A stretch of DNA of 64,000 nucleotides from Felis catus (taxonomy: Eukaryota), in assembly GCF_018350175.1 (NCBI RefSeq), contig NC_058368.1, positions 129,024,001-129,088,000 of the forward strand. Reading direction: 5' to 3'. The notes under the pieces are model-generated. The model ran no database searches and was not told the DNA's origin. It saw only the letters and a list, made by a program, of their open reading frames with translations. Position 1 is the first letter of the stretch. Each line of letters begins with the position of its first letter. This document shows, in pieces, positions 1-10,453 of this stretch. A program made the translations under genes and the position numbers.

Positions 1-1240
1 GCTTTTCATGGTGTGTAGATTCCTAGCCTTCCCATAGTCCTAATTATATCTTCCGTCTTTCACGCAACAGATCTTCAGATATTGAACGAGTGTCAGGTTA
101 ATTTTTTCCAGGTTATGCTGCCGAAGCTCTAACCATTGCTCTTTGATGTATTTCAGAACTTCAATATCATGCTAACTTTTCTGAAATATCTCAGGTTTTC
201 ACTGCCACTTTTAAAATGTGACCCTTGGAGAAGCGTATCCAGTACTTTAGCTAGGATGTGACTAGCACAGTGCATGCTAAGAATGTTTGGAAACTGTAAT
301 TTAATGAGAATAGCCCAAGTTGATGTTTTTGTTGGTTTATTTTATAGACAGATTTCTGCTATGTTGAGCATGTAGCTCTTATCCTTGGAGTTGTCTTTCA
401 CATGAATTGCTCACAGGTAAGGCCTTATTTTATAGATGAACAGCTTATGTTTTAGCTCTAGGGCAGTACTTTATATTTAATTCTTTTTTCTTGTGAATTG
501 TTTTATACCTGTTCCTTGCTCCTGACTGCTGAATTTTCTGACCCTTCCGTCTGTCCTGGATATTAGGGAGTCCCACAGGTTGTGTTCTCCTCATTTCTCC
601 TCTCTGATACTGCCCCTGAGTCCATCCCAGGTAGTTGATGAAAATGTTGACCAAGGCAAAGCCAACTGGAGACTCTTGTGGCAGAGAGCCAGCATCTTTC
701 TTTGTTCTTTACATTTAACGTGTGGGGAACCATCATAGTGGTTCCAGGCTCTTACCAGCAATATGTTTTTAATCATAGCTGGATGTAATTTGTCTTGTTT
801 TGAAGCCTTCAGTTCAAACAGGCTTCTCAGTAAGTTATCATCTGTCTTGAAAATTCTGTATTTGTAAGTTTCTATTTTCGTGTGCATTTGGACTGCTGGT
901 GCCAGCTCTTTTGCCAGTTCTTGTGTTCTACTTAGGTGAGCCTTTCCATATGTGATCTCCAATAATATTGCCCACTAGTCCCCATCTTGTGTTTTTCTTG
1001 GTGCTCTCAGTCTTCCTCTGGCTTCCTGACCTCTGGAATGCCCAGAACTGAGTACTGAATTGGCTTGTGGACCAATAGAAGGAGGAAATGTCCTGTGTTA
1101 AGAAGGTTTCTGATCTTTTTTTCCAGAGATACTACTACATATATACCACAGAGTTTTTCAAAAGACTATAACTTTAGACAGTTTAAATTCATCCTCCAGG
1201 GGTAGAAGGAGAAATTGGAAAAAAACATTCCAGGAGTCTT

Positions 1241-1714
1241 TTTTTTTTTTTTTATGTTTATTTATTTAGAGAGAGACTGAGAGGGAGAGAACATATGAGT
1301 GTGCACGTGAATGCACATGAGTGCGAGCAGGGGAGGAGCAGAGAGAGAGAGAGATTGAGAATGGGAATCCTGGGGCGCCTGGGTGGCGCAGTCGGTTGAG
1401 CGTCCGACTTCAGCCAGGTCACGATCTCGCGGTCCGTGAGTTCGAGCCCCACGTCGGGCTCTGGGCTGATGGCTCAGAGCCTGGAGCCTGTTTCCGATTC
1501 TGTGTCTCCCTCTCTCTCTGCCCCTCCCCCGTTCATGCTTTGTCTCTCTCTGTCCCAAAAATAAATAAACGTTGAGAATGGGAATCCTGAATCCCAAGCA
1601 GGCTCCATGCTCATGTGGAGCCTGACACCGGGCTTGATCTCATGACCGTGAGATCATGACCTGAACCAAAATCAAGAGTTGGACGCTTAACTAACTGAGC
1701 CACTCAGTTGTCCC
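1241..1714 (-). mobile_element. Older Can-SINE, interrupted by a younger SINE
   Basis: Poly-T, (GA)n and tRNA-derived head in reverse; degenerate TSD aggagtctt (1232) / agaagtctt (1716). Confidence 0.9.
1372..1574 (+). mobile_element. Young feline Can-SINE nested in an older SINE
   Basis: GGGGCGCCTGGGTGGCGCAGTCGG head, intact CpGs, (CT)n. Flanking repeat ttgagaatgggaatcct at 1355-1371 and 1572-1588. Confidence 0.95.
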
Positions 1715-2589
1715 TAGAAGTCTTGTAAAGAGGGGGCAAAATTTAAGAAACTATCTCCTCTTATTTTATCACTCTTACAATGTCCTTTATGGAACATGTG
1801 TATCCCAAGTAATGGTAGCAGTTAGATATTTCTGTGTTTGAGGTTCTCTTTAGTGTAAAGTATTAAGCAGTAATAGAGCACACATACTGTGGAATGAAAG
1901 GACCTCATTTGTAAGGGTTAGAAAAGATGAATTGTACCGTAAAAGGTAGAAGAACATTCGGAATGGAGGACTAACCTGTGAGAATGATTTTGAACATGGA
2001 CCTATAAATGCTTGGAATTTTGATGTACTTAATTATTAATAAGAACTTTTAAAACTACAATAGAATTTTGCATTAAGTCACTCATTATCATTGGAATTTT
2101 GCCTTGTTTAGATTTGGCTTCCAACTTATATAAAGGCTTTAATTACTTGAAGTAAGTCAGACTTTTGCAGCATGGATTCCAGGAACAGTATATAGAAGAA
2201 TTTCCATTAATATGGGAAATACTGTGTCTAGAAGCTCTTCAAATGAAGGAGTCTTTAACGACTAACTTTCTGTGGAGAACAAGATGCTGTATGGTTTCTA
2301 GATTACAGTGCTGTAGGGGTACATGTGGAAATTAGAACTCTAATGAGATTCAATTTTATTAAATACATAAGGTTTTGCACCTTAAAGGTTAAGTATCCAG
2401 TTGCACTCAACTTAGGAAATTCAAAGTTATTATTCTCAAAATAACTGTTACTTTGTCCCCATGGGCAGATTTTGAATTTGCATTGTTGAGCATAATGTAT
2501 AATTTATACTTCAATATATACAGTTGAGTCTTATATCTAAATGAGGGAAAGAAATTAGCTTCATTTCTGTATATATTGTAACTGGGCAA

Positions 2590-2770
2590 CATTCATTAAC
2601 CAATAGTGATTTGAACATATACTATGTGATAGGGCCTAGGGATATAGAAATGAACAAATAAAACAAAATCCTTGCTTTTATGTTGTACACTTAGGTAATA
2701 TGGGGGAAATACATGTATCTGTGATTTTGTGATAAAATTAAGGGAGTAATTGTGCATTGCACTAAGAATA
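2590..2770 (-). mobile_element. L2 3' fragment
   Basis: cattcatt...tactatgtg...gggatatagaaatgaacaaa is a typical reversed L2 3' end. Confidence 0.55.
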
Positions 2771-4284
2771 ATATGTTGTCTACAAATGATGGTATTTGCC
2801 AAGTTTACACATCTGACATAGAAGAAACAAAGATTTTGGACTCCACTGAGGACACAAGTCTTTGGTGTCCTTGAGGTAACTCTGGTTCTCAAAGACTATC
2901 TTGAAACCATTGTCTGGATTTACTTAAAAAAACCCATTCAATTTAGGCAGTAACTAAAGATGGAATGATTATTCACTGGGACACTTTTCATATTACCAAA
3001 AAATTTAGAATTTATAGCGTTCAGAACTCTTGGGGCTGTTGAATTTATGTTATTGTTTAGAAAAATAAAACATAAAAATAAAAATAAAATGGAAAAATAA
3101 AAAAAAATGGAAAAAGGCCTGGAGTTTCTAAACCATGTGACTTGTGGTCAGTCCCATTTCTCTTGATACAGAGCAGGGAGCTGTTCTCAACAGGACCATT
3201 CTAATCTGTGTGCAGTTGGCAGCTTCGGATTTTCACAGACTAACAAGTAAAATCGCTAGGGGCCTATACCTCCTTTAGTTGTTGCAGGGGTGCATCATCA
3301 CATGGACGAGGTGGGAAAAGGAACACTTTGTCTCCAGGCTTAGGAAGTAGGCTTGGAAAAGGAAAGAGAATGTTTTGAATAAAATCAGAAGGGAAATTAT
3401 GCATGTCAAATACGAGTCTGGAATCCTACAGAGTAATGGATACTCATACTCTGCATGGGAGTTGAAAACTTTTTTTTGGCTAGTATATATTTTTGTCCCA
3501 AAAGGAAGCAGTTTTTAATGCTCTGTTCATAGCTTGCAATCTTATGAGCTTCCTGGTATTTAAGTAATATTTTTGACAGTGAAAGCAATTAAATCATTTG
3601 GAAATCATTCAGCCCCCGAAGTGTATTTTCTAATTTCTTCCCCTGGAGAGCACTAGCTGTAGTCTTTGCTAAGAGATGAATTAGGCCCCCTCATACAGTC
3701 TCTTTAAGAGCCGTCTTAGGAGGTTTGAAAAGTTACTTTTTATACCATAGGGTAAAACCCCCTCCTTCCCCTTTCCTATCAGTTGAATTCTTAAAATGAT
3801 TACATTTTCTTCTTGTTCCCTAGGACTAAATTTTTAAGCAAATAATGGCATAAGTTGAGGCAGATGGAAAACCTCAAAGGGCTTCCAGCACCTTCCTGAA
3901 TTATTGTTGCCAGCGCCTTTAAGCCATGGCTACCACCCCACAAGGAGAACCCTTGTCCTTGTTCTGCTATCTTTGGTTCAAATTTGCTGTGGGCAGCAGA
4001 CCTTAAGGTTGACAAAGGCAGGTGGGCTTTAAAGAGGAAACCCTTAACAGTTGCTATTCCTGTAACTCTTGTCGCTTTTCTCCTAGTAACTACCTTTTCA
4101 TTTTTGGGGCTGAGATATGAGGCAGAGAAGGTGAACTTGAGAGAAGGATTCTCACCACTTCCTCTAGTCCCCTTGTTCCCTTCGTGGCCCTGCCCAGTCT
4201 ACTATTTTCCAAACTACTTGTTTACAAATCAGAGAGTCATGTAGGGAGGTATTTTTGTTTTTTTTTTGGTTTTTGTTTTAACCA

Positions 4285-4420
4285 AGTAGTTTCCCAGGCC
4301 CCACTGTCAGCTTTTATACTTTAGGAAGTCTGAGGCTTGAATCATGAAAATCTCTGTATTTGTTGACTTATTATGCAGGTAGGTGCTTTTGATGCCCAGT
4401 TAGATTTGAGAATTATTGGA
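4285..4420. mobile_element. MER5-like hAT relic
   Basis: cccaggcccca...tctgtattt...ggtgcttttgatgc...tttgagaattattg resembles the MER5 terminus. Confidence 0.4.
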
Positions 4421-4949
4421 TACTGACTCATCCTGACCTTGGAAGTTCTGAGTCGTAAGTCATAGGTCCAGTGGGACTTACTACTCGACAGATAAAGCCA
4501 CAGGTACCAGGGGTTCATGAACTAAGAGGGCTTCAAGGAATGAAAGAGCATTTGTACTTCTCTCTAGTCATCTGGTTGGTGGATGTTGTGTTTTTAGTGC
4601 CATATTAAAATATATTAGCTTTGTCCTCTTTTATATTTGTAAGTTGATGGAAAGCTCCATTTGAAGATGTGATGGGTAAGCTGATCCCATTCCCCTAAAA
4701 AAAGATGAGACCAATTAAAAAATGTATACTTTCTTTACATAAATGGGTTACCTAAGTAGATTTTTTATAAATAGGATCTACATTGTTTTTCTTCATAATC
4801 ATCTGTCTTTTTCTATTAGTGGAGTGTGGTCTTCTCTTAGTTTCTTTTTTATCTTCACATTAATTTGAGAAATTTAAACATGTATTTTGATGACATTTGT
4901 CTTTTGCAGTTTTCATCATCGTTGGGGAGGCTGATGGAGTTTATGAGGG

Positions 4950-5260
4950 GCTGACTCCTCAGAGAGGGAGGAAATTATGGAGGAGGCAGCATTTGAGCCA
5001 AGTCTCTAAAATGTGGGAGAAGATGTGAGTTTAGAGACTGGTATTCTCTCTTGTTGGGAGGATATTCCAGATACAGGAAAATGTGAGCAAAGTTAACAGG
5101 CATGTTTGAGAAACAGCAGGCCCTCCTCCCATGGGGCCAAAATGTAGGCTCCTTGAAAGAAAAGCATAGAATGCTAGACTAGGGGCAGAGTGTCAGGAGC
5201 TTTAAAGAATTTCTGTTTGGACTTTATGCTGTGTGTCATAGTTTTTATAGGGAAATGGAC
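4950..5260 (-). mobile_element. L2 fragment
   Basis: ggaggaggcagcatttgagc...attccag...tttggactttat is L2-like. Confidence 0.45.
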
Positions 5261-5987
5261 TCAGAGTTTAAAATAGTAACTTCATAACTATAATTGTAGC
5301 ACTATATCTTAGGAGAATAAAATCTTTTATATGAATTCTGTTTCAGAACTTTCAAAACTGCATATGTGCAGGTGTCTGTTTCACACAAAGCAAACATCTT
5401 TAACTGCTTTCTCCTGACACGTACTTTGCAGTCCGGTGACTCTGGGTCATGCCTGCCCTAGGAAGACTGGGGCTTGGGAGTACTGAAATAAATGAGAACC
5501 TCATCATGTGGAGAACAGCCTTAGCCGCATTTGGATCTTCTGCCTCTCAGGGTTTGGGCCTTCTTCCTGCTTCAGTCATTCTGTTTTGTCCTCATGTTCC
5601 CTGCCCTGTCTCCAGCTTTCCCCTCTCTTACTAACATACAGGGGCTTTGAACCTTGTGCTTGAAAGTTTGTGTCATCTTGCTACACCTTTTGGGAACTAC
5701 TTGGCTACCCTTACGAGATCCTGTTCAAAACCGTGTTTCTGGTGTGTTTTTAGCAGCTAATGAAAGTTGCCTATTACTGTCTTTTTATATATTCTTAAAG
5801 TTGAAACCATTGGTATGCTTAATAATTTGTATAATTAATAGAATAAGTAATTATTTATTAATATGATGGTTTACATAAATATAAAACCTAGGAATTTCAC
5901 AGAGCCCGGGTGTAATAATCTCTAACAGATCTGGAAAGAAGGTCAAAGACTAGTTGCAAGGACTAGTTTTTCCTCATCTAAAAAAAA

Positions 5988-6179
5988 TTTTTTTTTTTGA
6001 TGTTTATTTGTTTTTAGACAGAGAGACAGAGCGTGAGCAGGAGACACAGAATCTGAAACAGATTCCAGGCTCCAAGCTGTCAGCACAGAGCCTGATGCGG
6101 GGCTCTAACTCACAAACCGTGAGATCATGACCTGAGCCAAAGTTGGATGCTTAAACCAACTGAGCCACCCAGGTGCCCC
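5988..6179 (-). mobile_element. Can-SINE with shortened (GA)n segment
   Basis: Reverse SINE body ending tgagccacccaggtgcccc; degenerate TSD agtttttcctcat / agtttatactcat. Confidence 0.9.
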
Positions 6180-6639
6180 AGTTTATACTCATTTGTAAAA
6201 AAATAGAATATTTTTTAAAGGATATATAAAAGACACGTTTGTCTACAATGAGTATCAAAATTTTGCTTTAACTGTGTTTTCAACGTTTTCAATCTTTCTA
6301 GTAATGGTCTGAGGCTTTAAGAAGACCAAAAGTGCTTGCCATAATTGGTTGGGAGTCATGTTTCTGAATGGATATTGTCAAAAAGCTACTTTGAAATCAC
6401 AGTAGATACTATTTCAATATGATACTTTGCTATAATTTATCCCAGAAATCCTGAAAAGGATTTAGTTTGGTTTAAAAATGGACAAAACTCCCCAAATCTA
6501 AAATGTATTTATGGAAACCAGATCTTGTTGTCTGTGGAACACATATCTTACTTTCTACTAGATTTTAAAATAATCAGTAGCTTATATGCAGTGTGAAATA
6601 TAATACATCATGAAAATCCTATGAACCCCATGCATACAA

Positions 6640-7860
6640 AATTTGATAAATATAATAAAGGTAGCATTTCAAATTGAAGGAGGGAAGATTATTCAGTAAA
6701 TAATGTTGGAACTGCTGGGTATTCATCTAGAAAAAAAAACAAAGGATAAACTTCACAAATACTGAAATGTAAAACTGAAAACATAATAGGTAGGTATTAT
6801 AAGAAACCACAGGAGAGTTCTTTTATAAATTGCATTGGGAATTACAGTCTGTCTGATAAACAAAAGCCATAAAATAATTGATTGATAACAATCCACCTAC
6901 ATGAAATTCCTAAATTTCTGTGTTCCACAAACCACCAAAATAATTTACCAGAAGAAAAAAGTTTTTTGCAACTCATATTACAAAGGGCTAATTTCCTTAA
7001 TATATAAAAAGCTCCTTCAAGTTCATTATAGACAAAAGATACTTAGCTAAAAATGCTTCTACAAAGCAGTAAGAAAATCACAACCAACCCAATAGAAAAA
7101 TGGACAGAGTTTTAATTTTACAGTTCACAAGGAAATACAAATGGCTCTTAAATGTATAAAAAGATGTTCAACTTCATTCATATGAGAAATGTAAAATAAA
7201 ACTACTTTGAGATACCTTTTTTTTTTTAAAGAGATCTGTTTTCCAAAAATAAAAAAGCTTCGTAACAATGACCTGACAACGAATGGGGGATCTGAGACCA
7301 CTGTGAAATAAAGGGGAGCCTCTTAATGCAGGAACATAGTCTGAGCTGAGTGAGGTTGAAATAGCATCCTTCTGCCATTCTGGTAGGAGTGGAAGAGGTA
7401 CGCCTCAATGCAGGGCAGTTTGCAGGCATCTTTCAAAATTACAAATGTATGTTTGCTTTGACCCAGCAATTCTCCATCTAGGAATTTATTCTAGAGATAT
7501 CATCATATAAGAGTTTGACTGCATCCTTATTTGAAATAGTAAAAAATTGGAAATTACCTACATACTCGTATATGGGGGATCACTAAGTCAGTTGTGGGAT
7601 TCCATGCAGCTCTAGAAAAGAAGGGAGCCAAGGAGAGAAAGCATGTGTGGTGTTTACTATTATGTAAAAAAGGGAGAAAATAGAATATATACTAAACTAC
7701 TCCTGGGTTATTACAAGGGAAATAAATCACATTGGTTTTCATGGAGTGAGAACTGGTTACCCTGGGGTACAGGGTTGGAGGGAGATTTTTGTCACTGTAT
7801 ACTGTTATTTTTGTGTTTGGACCATTTGAAGGTATACTCTCTTGAAAAAATAAGTGCTAA
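6640..7860 (+). mobile_element. Ancient L1 (L1M-type) ORF2 end / 3' UTR fragments
   Basis: caaagggctaatttccttaatatataaaaagctcc, aacccaatagaaaaatgg, aaaagatgttcaacttca, tttgacccagcaatt...ctaggaatttat. Confidence 0.7.
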
Positions 7861-8289
7861 GATAAATTAAGGAAGGGTATTGAAAAAACTGAACATTATA
7901 TTGTTTTAATAAACTTAATTTCTTTGCTTGAAAAGTAACATTTTTAAGGGGGAAAAATGTGGGCCTTGTAGTGGGAGCATGTGTGTTTAATTAAATTGCC
8001 TCCTCAGCAATATTAAAAATCGGCCAGTTGTAATTTGGTGCAGAATGTATTACAACCCTGTAGGAGACCGAGTTCGGAAGTTTGCTTTGAAGTTCCAGAA
8101 AAGAAGGGGTTAAAGGTGTGATGCAGGTAAAGGAAGGGTTAAGGACATTATGCAAGCTGTTAAGTAAAAAGGAAGTGCATTACAAAATGCTGAGCTCAGG
8201 AGTCTGGCTGCCAGCCAAGCCTTTGCTTTCTTCACTACAGCTGAGGGCTTTCGAAGCTTCCCACCAGTGGGTTTGTCTGAACTGTTTAG

Positions 8290-8470
8290 GAATGCGGCCG
8301 CGGTCGCCAGCTGACGTCAGCGCCGCCGGTTCAGCCGCGGGCCAGAGCCCGGGACTGACAGCGTAGGGGGCGGGGAGGGGCGGGGCCTGCATGTGACTGA
8401 CAGTATGGGGCGGGGCGGTGTGTGTGTGTGACTGACAGCCGAGGCAGGGTTGCGCGCGGGTTTGCGGTTT
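8290..8470. promoter_or_regulatory. Small intragenic CpG-rich promoter/enhancer-like element
   Basis: About 21 CpGs in ~175 bp within a CpG-poor background. CRE TGACGTCA 8312-8319; GC boxes GGGGCGGGG at 8367, 8377 and 8407; GACTGACAG at 8353, 8395 and 8430; TGCGCGCG at 8451. Not repeat-like. Confidence 0.75.
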
Positions 8471-9421
8471 CATAATGAATGCTAAATTCTGATTATTTTC
8501 TGTGTGGTAAGGTGAAAGACTTTTTTTTCCCCCCTCGTTTTCGAAAGCCAGGGCTCGTATTGCTTCAATTTAAATGGCATAAAACTAAGTATTTGTAACA
8601 TCAAATTGTCAGATTTCATGGGCCGTTGTGTTTGTTTTTGCTTCTGACAGGGAAACAGTAAAAACTATGGCGATCTTTGATGGTGGAGGGGTTGGGGTGA
8701 TGACTTTTGCTGGATAATGAGGTTGTTGATTTTTTTTTTTTAATCTTAAGTCCATTTTATTTCAGAATTGTACCAGAAAGAAATTGTAAAGGCTCTCAGA
8801 TGCAGTTCTGTAAAACAGAACACCAAAAAGAAGAAATACTATGTGGAAAACTGCCAAAGTTGAATACAGTTCTATTAAAAACACCTTTGGGCATGACAGG
8901 TATGGGTTATTGTTGCTGATTCTTCAGCTCTTAAAAATGGGGACTTTTCCCTGGTGACATCTTTCAAAGATCAGGTTTGCTGCTACATTTTCTCCCCTTA
9001 CATCCTGTTCTCATGTGGTTAATTTTACTTTGAAAAACATTTATGTTTCTCAACTATTTATTAAGTAGATCATTTTGCTTAGCTATAGTCAAGAGTTTTG
9101 TTAATCTTCTGGTTCTTAGTTTGATGTGAGTCAGTCAGGAATGCAAGTTCATTAAGTTTTTATGTGGGGTGATGAGAGGTATGGGTGGTCAGCGTGGAGT
9201 GCAGTACAAGTTTATAAACAAGGATCTTTAGCTCCTTGGAGCCGTTAAACTTGATGGAAAGCTTTGTTACTTGATCAGGCCAATAGGGAAGCCTTCTTTG
9301 AGTGGCTACTGGAATTATCTAGTATAGCTAATTTAAGTGAGTGGCTTAGAGTAACTGTTACAGGAACCCCCAATTTATAAGTTTTTTTATTATGACTTTG
9401 CTTCAATACAGAAGGTTTTAG

Positions 9422-9532
9422 CTTTTTTATTTTTATTTTATTTTTTTTTAAAGTACACTCTACACCCAGCACAACCCCAATATCAAGAGTAGTGCACTCT
9501 ACCATCTGAGCTAAGGTAGCCGGGGAAACCCC
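9422..9532 (-). mobile_element. Short tRNA-Lys-derived SINE (old Can-SINE type)
   Basis: Reverse reads ttagctcagatggtagagtgcactactcttgat... then an A tail; TSD aggttttag at 9413 and 9536. Confidence 0.65.
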
Positions 9533-10001
9533 AGGAGGTTTTAGTTTTTCAGGAAAGGAAGCCTTATGCATATTTATCCTTCTTGCTAAGAAGCTGCTTC
9601 TGCACTTGTTTTAGGCATTGATGGCATTCACCTTCTGGAGTCCGTCACTATGATTTCACTTGTGTGTAGCAGCCTCAGCTAAGGTGAAGCCATCATGTAC
9701 ACTAGGAGTAAACAAAGAGCAAAAAACCAGGGCGTTGTTCGGCGAAACACAACATGGTTGACAACATGCTTAGCCTTAAATTATTTAGAGAGGCGCAAGT
9801 GGTCAGCCCTAAATTGGCGATTCGACAGAATTTTAGAGTTTTCAGAGTTTGTGCCTAGTGTCATAATTATTTGTTTTCTTTTTAAAGCATCAGGCTACGT
9901 GTTAAAGACTTGTGTTTTTCACTTAGGTGTCTTTGGTGATAATAATACATTTTATGCAGATTAATACCAGAAGTATAAAAAACTATAAACTATTCTGTTA
10001 T

Positions 10002-10453
10002 TTATTGTTACTATTTTGTTTGTTTTTTGAGAGAGAGTGCATGCTTACACGTGTGTGATTAGGGAAGGGGCAGAGGGAGAAGGAGAGAATCTTTTAAAAA
10101 AAAAATTTTTTTTAACGTTTATTTATTTTTGAGACAGAGAAAGACAGAGCATGAATGGGGGAGGGTCAGAGAGAGAGGGAGACACAGAATCGGAAACAGG
10201 CTCCAGGCTCTGAGCAGTCAGCACAGAGCCCGACGCGGGGCTCGAACTCATGGACCGCGAGATCGTGACCTGAGCAGAAGTCGGACGCCCAACCGACTGA
10301 GCCACCCAGGCGCCCCGAGAAGGAGAGAATCTTAAGCAGGCTCCATGCCCAGTGTAGAGCCTGACACAAGGCTTGATCCCACAACTGTGAAATCATGACG
10401 TGAGCCAAAATCAAGAGTTGGACACTTAACCGATTGAGCCACCCAGGCACCCC
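10002..10453 (-). mobile_element. Older Can-SINE hosting a nested SINE
   Basis: TSD tattctgttat at 9991-10001 and 10454-10464. Confidence 0.9.
10094..10316 (-). mobile_element. Young feline Can-SINE, nested
   Basis: Full body; perfect 17-bp TSD gagaaggagagaatctt at 10077-10093 and 10317-10333. Confidence 0.95.

Noticed and set aside
390..422. Recursive splice site CACAG|GTAAGG
   Set aside because: The pyrimidine tract is weak and interrupted, and such motifs occur by chance in 57 kb; it would need saw-tooth RNA-seq evidence.
445..962. 123-aa and 69-aa minus-strand ORFs
   Set aside because: No recognisable domain or exon context; lengths are consistent with chance.
1258..1597. ORFs over SINEs (also ~10123-10450, 12113, 18456, 25889, 32713, 44800, 63725)
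   Set aside because: These are translations of Can-SINE bodies (recurring motifs such as LTAQSLEPASDSVSPSLS), not genes.
8118..8473. 82-aa and 97-aa ORFs across the CpG patch
   Set aside because: Stop-codon depletion in GC-rich DNA explains them.
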